Assembly: GCA_965205975.1 (NCBI GenBank)
Contig: OZ242195.1
Location: 1,344,001-1,408,000 of the forward strand
Direction of reading: 5' to 3'
Length of the DNA: 64,000 bases
Source: Candidatus Latescibacterota bacterium
Lineage (GTDB): Bacteria > Latescibacterota > UBA2968
Shown: positions 28,658 through 38,312 of the stretch, piece by piece
How the letters are laid out: every line of letters starts with the position of its first letter
Position numbering within the stretch: the stretch's first letter is position 1
The notes under the pieces: generated by a model
What the model was told of the DNA's origin: nothing
Databases searched by the model: none
What the model saw: the letters and a program-made list of their open reading frames with translations, nothing else
Translations under genes and position numbers: made by a program

Positions 28658-28791
28658 TCGTCGTGGAACAAGTCTTTGGACTTTACCAGATTTTTGCCCA
28701 CCAATCTTTAGTCCCACAAAATCAATTGATTGTGCTAACTATCTGGGCGAGAATAAGTTGTGCATTCGATTGCCTTTCCCGCTGTCCTGTG

Positions 28792-29118
28792 CTACAACTT
28801 GATACAATCTAATCTCAACCGAAATCCCAGCGCGGAGATAATGGCCATCAGGTTATCGAGTTTCGGTTTGCTGCGACTTGAAAGCACGCGGTAGAGATGT
28901 TCGCGGTTCAGTCCGGCGCGTTCTGCCAATGCACCAACACCACCTTGTGCCTGGGTGACATCGCGCAAGGCTAATAACAGCCCATCAGTCTCACCACTTG
29001 CCTCACACTCATCCAGTGCGACCTCCAGATAAGCCCGAGCTTCTTCGGGGTCTTTGAGAGATTTTATCAGTCCCTCTTCGTAACTGACCGTGTGTTTCAA
29101 AACCTGTTTTTTAGTCAT
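28792..29118 (-). CDS. addiction module antidote, HI1420-like HTH
   Basis: LKDPEEARAYL..LLLALRDV..AQGG..LAERAGLNREHLYRVLS. Confidence 0.9.
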   Translation of the reverse strand: MTKKQVLKHTVSYEEGLIKSLKDPEEARAYLEVALDECEASGETDGLLLALRDVTQAQGGVGALAERAGLNREHLYRVLSSRSKPKLDNLMAIISALGFRLRLDCIKL

Positions 29119-29449
29119 GGCTACGGCTCCTCAAATCCTGCCAATACATTTTGGCGCGTTCAATGTCGCGGCGTTGTGAGCGTTTAGTACCACCGCAGAG
29201 CAATATTACAACCACTCTTTCAAATTCTCCATAATACACGCGGTACCCTGGACCATAGTGGATTCTCAGTTCAAATACGCCCTCACCTACAGGCTCGGCA
29301 TCGCCCATATTGCCCAATCGCACGCGATTAATTCGGTTGCGAATGATCGCTCGTGCTTTTCTATCTCGAAGAGATAGCAACCAATCCTCAAAGGGCACGC
29401 GCCCTTGAAGTGAAACATAATTTCGTACCGTTCTGGGAAATACGTTCAT
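29111..29449 (-). CDS. RelE/ParE-family toxin, HI1419-like
   Basis: GNMGDAEPVGEGVFELRIHYGPGYRVYY..LLCGGTKRSQ. Confidence 0.92.
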   Translation of the reverse strand: MNVFPRTVRNYVSLQGRVPFEDWLLSLRDRKARAIIRNRINRVRLGNMGDAEPVGEGVFELRIHYGPGYRVYYGEFERVVVILLCGGTKRSQRRDIERAKMYWQDLRSRSHD

Positions 29450-29506
29450 ATTTAGAATGTAGCGTACACGCTACAAAAAGTAAACGAAAAACAGCAGGAA
29501 AACAGC

Positions 29507-30115
29507 ATGCATGTTTACGTCGTCTTCGCTCATCCGAGTAGGCGATCTTTTACGGGTGATGTGCTGGCAGAGTTCTGTCGTGGGTTGGGGGATGGAGGCC
29601 ACTCGTATGAGATAGGCGATTTATACAAAATGGATTTCAGGACTGATATGAGTCTGGATGAATACAACCGGGAGATGAATGTGTATGGCAATCGTCCAGA
29701 ATTGCCCGTTCCACCGGATGTGCAGGATGAACATGCAAAGATCGAGAAGGCTGATAGTCTGGTATTTATTTTTTCAAATTGGTGGAGTGATGGTCCGGCA
29801 AAATTGAAGGGATGGTTTGATCGGGTCTGTGTCTGTGGATATACGTATGTGTATGAGGATGAGGAATATGCGATATCTGGACTCGAGATTGATAGTGCGT
29901 TGGTCTTGTGTACTGTGGGTCACACACTTGAGCATCTTGAAGAAACCGGTATTTTGGAGAGTATGCGATGTATCTATCTCAATGATCGCCTTCGTCCTGA
30001 AATAGGCGTGGCACAGACGGATATGGTTGTGTTGGGAGGTACGGTAGAAGGAGGAGAGAGCATGAGGCTTAAGAATCTCACACGAGCCTATCAGTTAGGG
30101 AAGGAGTTTTGCTGA
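29507..30115 (+). CDS. NAD(P)H-dependent flavodoxin-fold oxidoreductase
   Basis: AHPSRRSFT, WW..PAKLKGWFDRV. Confidence 0.88.
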   Translation: MHVYVVFAHPSRRSFTGDVLAEFCRGLGDGGHSYEIGDLYKMDFRTDMSLDEYNREMNVYGNRPELPVPPDVQDEHAKIEKADSLVFIFSNWWSDGPAKLKGWFDRVCVCGYTYVYEDEEYAISGLEIDSALVLCTVGHTLEHLEETGILESMRCIYLNDRLRPEIGVAQTDMVVLGGTVEGGESMRLKNLTRAYQLGKEFC

Positions 30116-30272
30116 AAGTATTCTATCTATATATCCGTCCACCAGCTATTTAGCCCCACAACTTCTATTGATTTTGTGGGGATTTTTTATTTTTTCTAAA
30201 CTATTTTTTTTGAAAAACATTTGATGTGTTTGACTGAGCGTCGTATTATTGAGAAAATAAAGGAGGTGACCT

Positions 30273-30436
30273 GTGTCAAATATAGAGGCAATCAAGTCGG
30301 CAAATAAAAAAGATTGGGACAAATGGGATAAACAGATTGAGGCAGATTCGAAATCGGGAAAATTGGATTTTCTAATCGCTGAATCTAAAAAAGAAAAAGA
30401 GAAGGGAACACTCAAAGAGCTTTAATGCATCGGACG
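30273..30436 (+). pseudogene. eroded TA remnant: shortened antitoxin plus first codons of a toxin
   Basis: AGGAGG-GTG MSNIEAIKSANKKDWDKWDKQIEADSKSGKLDFLIAE..KEL* (30273-30425) overlapping TAATG into MHRT. Confidence 0.6.
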
Positions 30437-30457
30437 GAAAACGAAAAGGCATAAACA

Positions 30458-31870
30458 ATGCGCAGAGCGAAAATTGTGAGTACACTGGGTCCTGCGAGTT
30501 CATCTGAGCGCGTGATAGAGCAACTGATTGGGGCAGGGGTGGATGTTTTTCGGCTCAACTTTTCACACGGGACACGGGAGGAACACGCCGAAAATGTTGG
30601 GCGCATTCGGCAGATTGCGGATAACATGCAGCGCAGTATCGCCATTTTACAGGATTTGCAGGGTCCCAAAATGCGGGTGGGGAAACTCGCAGAGGATCCG
30701 ATTGAGTTGGAAGAAGGCAACAGGCTGACGGTGACGACCCGCGAAGTGCCGGGCGATGCCGAGTGCGTATCGACAACTTATGCGAGATTACCCCGAGATG
30801 TGAAACCCGCGGACCGCATATTGCTCGATGACGGGCATATTGAGTTGATGGTGCGAGAAGTCTATCGTTCGGATGTTGTGTGTGAAGTTGTGGTGGGTGG
30901 GCTATTAAAATCCAATAAGGGCATCAATTTGCCCGGTGTACAGGTCAGCGCGCCTTCTCTGACGACCAAAGACCGAGAGGATCTGGATCTGGGCATTGAA
31001 TTGGGCGTGGATTATATTGCGCTGTCTTTTGTGCGGGAACCCGACGATGTGCGAGAGGTTCAACATATTATTGAACGGGCAGAAAAGGAGATCCCCGTTA
31101 TCGCAAAGCTGGAACGCGCCGAAGCCGTCGATCACCTCGAAGATATCCTCGATGTTGCCGACGGCGTAATGGTTGCACGGGGCGATCTGGGCGTGGAATT
31201 ATCACCTGAAGACGTGCCAGTGATCCAGAAGCGCGTGATTTCGGCGGCCAACCGCGCAGGGGTATTCGTGATTACGGCTACGCAGATGCTGGAGTCGATG
31301 ACCGATCACCCACGACCCACGCGCGCCGAGGCGTCAGATGTGGCCAATGCGATTTTTGACGGCACCGATGCGGTCATGCTGTCTGGCGAGACTGCGATTG
31401 GCAAATATCCCGTTCAAACCGTGCAAATGATGGCGCGGATTATTGAAAAGGCCGAAGCGAGTGTAGAATTGGCTCCGCCAATTTTGAATCTGGATTCGCT
31501 CTCTTTTCCGGATGCGATAGGGCAAGCCGCCGCTGCGGTATCAACTGCGGTATCTCCCAAAACCATTGTCGCATTTACCCAGTCGGGATCTACTGCGCGT
31601 CTAATTTCAAAACGCAGACCGCGCACGCCGATTATTGCGTTTACGCCCAACGCGCGAATATGTCGTCGGTTGTGCTTGTGCTGGGGCGTTGAACCTCGTC
31701 AAATTACGCTGATCGACGATACGGATCGCATGGTAGCGGAAGTTGAAGCGCGTTTGCTCTCTGAGGGCAATGTGCGTTTCGGAGATACGCTGGTGATTCT
31801 GGCCGGTGCGCCCATCACGGCGCGGGCCGAGACCAATTTGCTGAAATTGCATCGGGTTGGAGAAATATAG
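30458..31870 (+). CDS. pyk: pyruvate kinase
   Basis: KIVSTLGP, RLNFSHG, DLQGPK, MVARGDLGVE, ATQMLESM, MLSGETA. Confidence 0.97.
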   Translation: MRRAKIVSTLGPASSSERVIEQLIGAGVDVFRLNFSHGTREEHAENVGRIRQIADNMQRSIAILQDLQGPKMRVGKLAEDPIELEEGNRLTVTTREVPGDAECVSTTYARLPRDVKPADRILLDDGHIELMVREVYRSDVVCEVVVGGLLKSNKGINLPGVQVSAPSLTTKDREDLDLGIELGVDYIALSFVREPDDVREVQHIIERAEKEIPVIAKLERAEAVDHLEDILDVADGVMVARGDLGVELSPEDVPVIQKRVISAANRAGVFVITATQMLESMTDHPRPTRAEASDVANAIFDGTDAVMLSGETAIGKYPVQTVQMMARIIEKAEASVELAPPILNLDSLSFPDAIGQAAAAVSTAVSPKTIVAFTQSGSTARLISKRRPRTPIIAFTPNARICRRLCLCWGVEPRQITLIDDTDRMVAEVEARLLSEGNVRFGDTLVILAGAPITARAETNLLKLHRVGEI

Positions 31871-31879
31871 ATCTCATGG

Positions 31880-33694
31880 ATGAAAAGATACATAATTCTC
31901 ATGACTTATTGTGACAGAATGAATTACATTTATTACCTAAAGGTCCTCTTTGTCAGATTGAGGACCTGTTTTATACTGATTGTTCTGATGGCTGTTGTGC
32001 CAGCTCATGGGGAAACTTTATCTGATGACCCCATTGTGAGATGGCTGCACATTTCGGGTCATCAAGCGATTTGGGGAGGGGAACTGAAAGCGTCGATGAT
32101 CACGCACGCCTCGCCGTGGTACGATTTTTTGCCCCTGGTCCATGCGCGCAGATACGATCCTTTGACTCTTGTCTCTGATCTGGAAAAGTTGCGAACATAT
32201 TACCGCGATCGGGGATATTTGGCAGTATCGGTGTATTCGACTATTGAGCAACTTAGTGCAGATGAGATTGGGCTGGAAATACATATTGCAGAGGGACCCT
32301 TGACGCGGATTTCCAGGGCGTCAGTAATCGGCGGTGAAGATATCGAGAACGCTTTTGGACAGCTCGAGGGCAAGCCGCTATCGAGCGATCTCGTGAACAA
32401 GGGCGTGTCACAGGTCGTAAGCGAGTTGCGGAACAAAGGCTATGCGTTTGCGCGAGCCAAGGTCGAAACGACGATTGTGGCACAACAAGCCGAACTCGTT
32501 CTAAAACTTGTACCTGGCCCTGTATGCAGCGTGGGCGTTGTGCAAATATCGGGGCACGAAGCCATGGCGGAAAATACCATCTTGCGCGGTCTCACATTTA
32601 AGCCGGGTGATCAATTTAGCGAAGAGGCATTGCAAAACAGCCAGTACCTGCTCTATCGTGCGGGAGTGTTTCGGTCTGTGGCGTTGGGATTGGCAGATAG
32701 CGTGGCGCACGACAACCGGGTGGATGTAGCTTTGCGCGTATCCGAACGCCCTTTTCGCACGTTGCGCGTGGGCACGGGATACGACACGGATGAAGACTTG
32801 TGGGCCTCGGGCGCGTGGACGCATCGCAATTTTGGAGGAGACTTCCGTCAGTTTAAGCTGTCTGGACGCGTTTCCGGAAAGAACAGGGAAGCGGTTATCG
32901 GCCTGCGGCAGGCGCATTTCAGGGGCAGTCGCAATTGGTTGAATATCGGTGGGTTTGTACAGCGTGAACGACAGGCGACATTTGTCCAGGAAGAGCTGGG
33001 GGGCAATATATCTCTCGAGAGAAATCTTACGAGGGCCACAGATGTAATCGCTCAGTTCAGCAGTGGCGTGGTAGATTTTTCAGCCGATAGCGCGTTTGCC
33101 GAGATGAAGGTCGGATTGCTCATGGACACGCGCGACGATATTTTTGATCCGCAATCGGGGATGCTCGCACAATTCACCCTGCGCGAACGCGGGCGATTTC
33201 TCCGGTCTGATGGCGAATTTTTGCAGGCGACAGCAGAGGGGCGATGGTTCCGCCGCATGCCTTTGCGAAGTGTGCTGGCACTGCGCGTGCAGGGCGGTAT
33301 AATTTTTGAACTGGGCAAGGCGGGCGGCGTGCCCAATGTTGAGCGGTTTTTTGCAGGAGGACTCAATAGTGTGAGGGGATGGAGATTGAATGAACTGGGT
33401 CCAAAAGACCATCAGGGCGAGCCAACGGGCGGTTTGAGCCGTATGGAAATGAGCCTGGAGATTAGAACGCAGATATTTTTTTCGATAGGTACAGCCGTTT
33501 TTATAGATGTGGGCAATGTCGATGCGAAAGCGGGTGCGTTTAACCTCGGATCGCTCAAGTACGCTGTGGGCGCGGGACTTCGATATTTGAGTCCGGTTGG
33601 CCCCGTGAGATTTGATGTGGGCTACCGCTTGTCAGATGATAGTATTGTGGAGAAACGCATTCAGTATCACATCAGTTTGGGACAGGCGTTTTGA
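31880..33694 (+). CDS. TamA/BamA-family (Omp85) outer membrane protein
   Basis: POTRA-like repeats, FFAGGLNSVRGW, SPVGPVRFD, terminal GQAF; true start may be downstream. Confidence 0.9.
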   Translation: MKRYIILMTYCDRMNYIYYLKVLFVRLRTCFILIVLMAVVPAHGETLSDDPIVRWLHISGHQAIWGGELKASMITHASPWYDFLPLVHARRYDPLTLVSDLEKLRTYYRDRGYLAVSVYSTIEQLSADEIGLEIHIAEGPLTRISRASVIGGEDIENAFGQLEGKPLSSDLVNKGVSQVVSELRNKGYAFARAKVETTIVAQQAELVLKLVPGPVCSVGVVQISGHEAMAENTILRGLTFKPGDQFSEEALQNSQYLLYRAGVFRSVALGLADSVAHDNRVDVALRVSERPFRTLRVGTGYDTDEDLWASGAWTHRNFGGDFRQFKLSGRVSGKNREAVIGLRQAHFRGSRNWLNIGGFVQRERQATFVQEELGGNISLERNLTRATDVIAQFSSGVVDFSADSAFAEMKVGLLMDTRDDIFDPQSGMLAQFTLRERGRFLRSDGEFLQATAEGRWFRRMPLRSVLALRVQGGIIFELGKAGGVPNVERFFAGGLNSVRGWRLNELGPKDHQGEPTGGLSRMEMSLEIRTQIFFSIGTAVFIDVGNVDAKAGAFNLGSLKYAVGAGLRYLSPVGPVRFDVGYRLSDDSIVEKRIQYHISLGQAF

Positions 33695-33737
33695 ATCCAC
33701 AGACATGTCCCTGTGAAAACAGGGATGAACGCAGATA
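33695..33737 (+). repeat. ATCCGCAGAT repeat, degenerate copy 4
   Basis: ATCCACAGAC...GATGAACGCAGATA between the tamA- and tamB-like genes. Confidence 0.55.
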
Positions 33738-33750
33738 GGGACCATTTAAG

Positions 33751-36700
33751 ATGAACAGGCGAGCGAAATCAATAATCTGGATTCTGGTCGGCGCTGGCAT
33801 TGTGCTGGCAATAGGGGCGATGCTCATCACGGGAGGCTATGCCAATGGTATCTTGCGCGATTTGGCGCAGCGCGCCCTGTCCCGGCAAGGGGATGAGGTT
33901 TGTCTGATTGGTGAGATTCAAGGCAATCCGCTGGGTGATTGTCGCATCGTTGATGTGCAGATCGGAGATATGGCGCGGGTGGATACGCTCAATGTGACGT
34001 ACAGTTTTTGGAATCTGCTTACAGGAAAAGTTGTGATTCATCGGCTGCGGTTGTCGGGAATCGAGATGCGACTTGATGCTTCTGATGAAGAGACCGAGAC
34101 GCCGATATGGGATGCACCTCCCCCCCTGGATTTAGATATCGAGTCGCTGGAGATTGCGGATGCCAATGTCTTGGTTGATGGTACACAGGTGCGCGATATC
34201 GCGCTAAAGGGTGCTATTTTCGCGGGAGAATCTGAGTGTCGTTTGATCCTGGAGCGTTTTCGTTCGGTGCAATTCGATCCGCCACTGGAGGTGACCAATC
34301 TATCTGGTATTGCCATTTTACAGGCCGGTAACTTGCGACTGAATGACGTGGCGTTGCACACCCACGGCTCTCGCATTTTGCTGCGCGGCAGGGTTTGGCA
34401 ATTGGATAATCCCGAGGTGGATCTCGTTGTGGAAGCCGATTCTCTATGGCTGGCAGATCTCAGCCCCCTGATCGATCTACCCACACGCGCGATGCAGATG
34501 CGAGGAAATGTGAAGGGAAGTCTGCAATCCCTTGTCACAGAATTTGTTGTGAAATATGAAGAAGCTTCAGTTGCGTTTAATGGCCTCCTGGGAATTGCGC
34601 CGTTTACAGTGCGAGGAGATGCGATTTTTGAGATCGAGACCAATGATCTCATCTCATTGGGATACACAGGATCTGATACTGATTTACCCCGTATCAGTAC
34701 AAGTCTGGACGGGATCCTCTCTTTAGCAGTGAATTCCTCTGGCGTGGAGAGTGCCGTTGCCGAGGGTGTTTTTCGGCGCGTACAGTTTGGAGATGCGCAA
34801 TTCGATTCCGTGCGTTTTGCCGTCAATTTGGCAAATGACCTGTTGCAAACGCAAGTCACCGCTAATGGACCAAGTGGCAATATAGTGGGCAATGGGAATG
34901 CGCGGTTGACCACCTGGAATGGCGAATGGGAAATGCGATTTCGCGATCTATATGCTGAACATTTACCCGGTGTACCCAAAAAAGTCGGTCCGGCGACGGG
35001 GCGTATTGATGGTGCGAGATATGTAGATCAACGGCTTTTTATCGATCATTTTGAGACACAATTGCAGGATTGGGGAACGCGCGTCACTGGAAATGGGCAA
35101 TTGCATTTTGAAGGAGACAAACCGGCTATTGCGGGGAATATCCAGGCAGAGGTCGCGTTACCTCGTTTGACAGATACAGACAGGTGGGGCACATTGCTGA
35201 CGCTTACGGGTAATGTAAATGGCATCGCGGGTGGCGATTTGAACGTTGGATTGGCGGGGAATATTGCGGGGAATGCTGCGGCAGACAGTTTTAGCGTTTC
35301 TGCGCTGGTCAATTCTGAGGGGAGGTCTGATATTCGCGCTGATCTGTCGGGCACAGGTGGGGTATTTTCCACTCAGGGGCATATTGATCGGCATTCTGAG
35401 GGCCAATGGCTGATGGATGTACAGGATTCAGAGGCGATAGGTGAGGTGATTGATGTGGATTTGTCGGGAACGCTGGCTCTATCGGGCACATGGTCGGGAA
35501 CGCTGGATGCGCCCGGTTTTTCTGCACAAGGCAGCGCAGATAGCCTTGTGGTTGAGGGTATTCCGCTTCAAAATGTTGCGATTGAGACGCAATGGACGCG
35601 CCCAGATTCGGGTACTGTCACCTTGAAGGTGGATCGCTTGACCTGGGGTGAACGGGCGTTGCGGGCGGTTTTTTTTAATGCCGCGTACAATCGTGGCGAA
35701 ACATCATTTTTGTTAGGTAGCGGCGAGCAGGTAGATAACCATGTGCTTTTTCGGGGACGCGCAGGGCAAGAAGAAGACCACTTCCAGGTAGCGATGGATT
35801 CGCTGTACGTTAAGGTTGATCAGGTCGTGCTGCATAACGAGGGACCCGTGCAATTCGCGTATTCGTCATCCCACGGCGTTCACATTGAACATCTGGTGCT
35901 TTCTGGGCCAGCGGGGCGTCTGGTCGCGCGGGATCAACAGGGCTTTCAGGCGACCGTAGAGGTGTTGTTGAAAGATCTGGATTTGCGGCCCTGGGCATTT
36001 CTGGCGGGTGCTTCAGATATGGGGGGTATTCTCAATGGTGAAGTGCTTTTTGCGGGTACATTGACTGATCCCCTTATTTTCTTTCAATTCGCTCTTGCAA
36101 AGGGCAAGATATCGAATGTGGGGTTCGATAGTGCCACAGGAGAGATGTCTCTGGGCAATGATAGGATACATTTTGAGGTGAAAGTCGTACCCGATAGAGA
36201 TGAAGTCCTGACACTGTTGGGCAGTTTTCCCATTACAGGTACAGGTGATATGCGCCTGCGCGCTCGGTCTGAGGGGATCGCGTTGAAGACACGCCAGAAC
36301 ACAGTGGATAAAAAAACGGAATTGGTCGGGAGAGAAATATCCGAGAGATTGAGATTTGGCACAGTGCCAAACGCGTTTTTCGATGTGGCTGAGGGAATTT
36401 CTGGGATGTTATCTTTCGATCTGGAAGGACGCGGCCGTTTTGAGCAACCGGATATCCGAGGGGTAATCGAAATTCGAGATGGGACGTTCCACCTGCCCGA
36501 TCTGCATCGGTCTTACACACCTGTTTCGGGGCGTGCTGTGTTTGGCGACGGGAAAATTCAGATTGACAGTCTTGCGATTGGGAATTCGGCGAATCTTTCC
36601 GGCGATATAACGCTTGAGGGTTTTTTGCCGAGCAGATGGAATTTATCTGCACAATTTCGCGATTTTGAACCGGTTGCTCGCCCCGAATTACAAATCATAA

Positions 36701-37596
36701 CAGATGGGCAATTGCAGATTGAGGGAACGCCGCAGGGCAACAATGTTAAGGGCAAGTTGGCGATGAAACAGGCTGAGATTCGCCTGGCGGAATTACTCGG
36801 AGTACCGAGCCTGACGACGAAACAGGCAGATATTCGCTTGACGGAATTGTTCGAAGAATCGGGCACAGAGATGCCACCATTTCTGATGGCTCCGGAAATA
36901 CGCCTGCAAGTGTCTGCTGACAGACAGGTGTGGTTGCGCGACCCGGTCTTTGAGGTGGAAATTGGAGGTGACCTGGATATAATAAAAAATCGCGAAGATT
37001 CGCGTATTTACGGCACGATGTCGAGTCGCCGGGGCAATTACATCTGGCAAAACCACCGCTTGCGTATTACACAGGGCGAGGTTCAATTTCAGGGCAGACC
37101 CGAGTGGAACCCCGACCTGGACATTCGCGCCGAGACGCGCGTGCGCACTGGGTCTGAGCCTGTCGATATTATTGTCACAGTAGGGGGGACATTGACGTAT
37201 CCGCAGATTTCGTTTGATGGAGAGGATGTGGGGGATATTGCCTCCCTGCTGTTGACTGGCAGACCCGCTGACCAATTTAAGTTTTCTCGCGAGCACACCC
37301 TGGATCTGTTTGCGGGGGTTGTTGCAAATCGCCTGGGGCGGCACATTGGGCAAAAATTGAGTCTGGATGTGGTGGAGATCGACTTTGGCGAGGGCATTTT
37401 CTCCAGGATTCGGTTGGGTAAGTATATTGGGAACAGGTTGTTTATGAGTTATGCAAAGGATTTTTCGAGCACGGCTTATGAAGTGGCGATGGAGTTTGAG
37501 ATCTGGCCAGAAGTGATATTGGAAGCGAGTCAGATAGAAGAGGAGAATCGACGCAGACGAGGATCGGTGGGGTTGTTCTGGAAGAAAGAGTGGTGA
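33751..37596 (+). CDS. translocation/assembly module TamB-like protein
   Basis: N-terminal anchor, long beta-rich body, C-terminal NPDLDIRA..GKYI..RLF region; follows the TamA-like gene. Confidence 0.88.
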   Translation: MNRRAKSIIWILVGAGIVLAIGAMLITGGYANGILRDLAQRALSRQGDEVCLIGEIQGNPLGDCRIVDVQIGDMARVDTLNVTYSFWNLLTGKVVIHRLRLSGIEMRLDASDEETETPIWDAPPPLDLDIESLEIADANVLVDGTQVRDIALKGAIFAGESECRLILERFRSVQFDPPLEVTNLSGIAILQAGNLRLNDVALHTHGSRILLRGRVWQLDNPEVDLVVEADSLWLADLSPLIDLPTRAMQMRGNVKGSLQSLVTEFVVKYEEASVAFNGLLGIAPFTVRGDAIFEIETNDLISLGYTGSDTDLPRISTSLDGILSLAVNSSGVESAVAEGVFRRVQFGDAQFDSVRFAVNLANDLLQTQVTANGPSGNIVGNGNARLTTWNGEWEMRFRDLYAEHLPGVPKKVGPATGRIDGARYVDQRLFIDHFETQLQDWGTRVTGNGQLHFEGDKPAIAGNIQAEVALPRLTDTDRWGTLLTLTGNVNGIAGGDLNVGLAGNIAGNAAADSFSVSALVNSEGRSDIRADLSGTGGVFSTQGHIDRHSEGQWLMDVQDSEAIGEVIDVDLSGTLALSGTWSGTLDAPGFSAQGSADSLVVEGIPLQNVAIETQWTRPDSGTVTLKVDRLTWGERALRAVFFNAAYNRGETSFLLGSGEQVDNHVLFRGRAGQEEDHFQVAMDSLYVKVDQVVLHNEGPVQFAYSSSHGVHIEHLVLSGPAGRLVARDQQGFQATVEVLLKDLDLRPWAFLAGASDMGGILNGEVLFAGTLTDPLIFFQFALAKGKISNVGFDSATGEMSLGNDRIHFEVKVVPDRDEVLTLLGSFPITGTGDMRLRARSEGIALKTRQNTVDKKTELVGREISERLRFGTVPNAFFDVAEGISGMLSFDLEGRGRFEQPDIRGVIEIRDGTFHLPDLHRSYTPVSGRAVFGDGKIQIDSLAIGNSANLSGDITLEGFLPSRWNLSAQFRDFEPVARPELQIITDGQLQIEGTPQGNNVKGKLAMKQAEIRLAELLGVPSLTTKQADIRLTELFEESGTEMPPFLMAPEIRLQVSADRQVWLRDPVFEVEIGGDLDIIKNREDSRIYGTMSSRRGNYIWQNHRLRITQGEVQFQGRPEWNPDLDIRAETRVRTGSEPVDIIVTVGGTLTYPQISFDGEDVGDIASLLLTGRPADQFKFSREHTLDLFAGVVANRLGRHIGQKLSLDVVEIDFGEGIFSRIRLGKYIGNRLFMSYAKDFSSTAYEVAMEFEIWPEVILEASQIEEENRRRRGSVGLFWKKEW

Positions 37597-37652
37597 TGAA
37601 AAAACGAAATAACAACGGTTGACAATATTATCCTGTAAGGTTAATTTTTTAT

Positions 37653-37934
37653 ATGATCAGGACATTTAAGGATAAAGAGGCTGAAAAAATATTTAATGGT
37701 CGTTTTTCCAAAAAATTGCCACAGAATATTCACCACATTGCTGAACGCAAATTGATTTTACTTCACCAATCGACAAATTTAAACGATTTGCGTGTACCAC
37801 CATCTAATCGATTAGAGGCTTTGAAAGGCAATCGAAGAGGACAGCACAGTATTCGCATAAATGATCAGTGGCGAATTTGTTTTGAATGGAATGAAGATGG
37901 TGTTTATGCTGTTGAAATCGTCGATTATCATTGA
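37653..37934 (+). CDS. higB: HigB-type RelE/ParE toxin
   Basis: DLRVPPSNRLEALKG.R.GQHSIRINDQWRICF..EIVDYH. Confidence 0.93.
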   Translation: MIRTFKDKEAEKIFNGRFSKKLPQNIHHIAERKLILLHQSTNLNDLRVPPSNRLEALKGNRRGQHSIRINDQWRICFEWNEDGVYAVEIVDYH

Positions 37935-37943
37935 GGTGATATT

Positions 37944-38240
37944 ATGAGAGACAGGCCCCCCATTCATCCGGGTGAGATTTTGCAAGAAGAATTTTTAAAG
38001 CCAATGGGAATCAGTTGCGACCGGCTTGCTCGTGATATTTGCGTTCCCGCAATGAGAATCAACCAAATAATTCGCGAAGAAAAGGGGATTAGTGCAGATA
38101 TAGCACTCCGACTTGCTCGTTATTTTGGTATGTCTGTTGAATTTTGGATAGGCATTCAAACACATTATGAAATAGAGAAAGCCAAAATGACACTGGCTGA
38201 TCGAATAGAGAAAGAGGTCAAGATTTTTGCACCTGCATAG
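37944..38240 (+). CDS. higA: HigA antitoxin
   Basis: PIHPGEILQEEFLKP..ISADIALRLARYFG..EFW. Confidence 0.93.
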   Translation: MRDRPPIHPGEILQEEFLKPMGISCDRLARDICVPAMRINQIIREEKGISADIALRLARYFGMSVEFWIGIQTHYEIEKAKMTLADRIEKEVKIFAPA

Positions 38241-38267
38241 TTGCGTAATGTGCTACAATATTGACAG

Positions 38268-38312
38268 AAAAAAGAAACTGCCTCCAGATATTTTTTGGAC
38301 GGCAGTTTTTCT
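38268..38312. terminator. bidirectional terminator
   Basis: AAACTGCC-TCCA...TGGA-CGGCAGTTT flanked by A and T runs between convergent genes. Confidence 0.7.
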
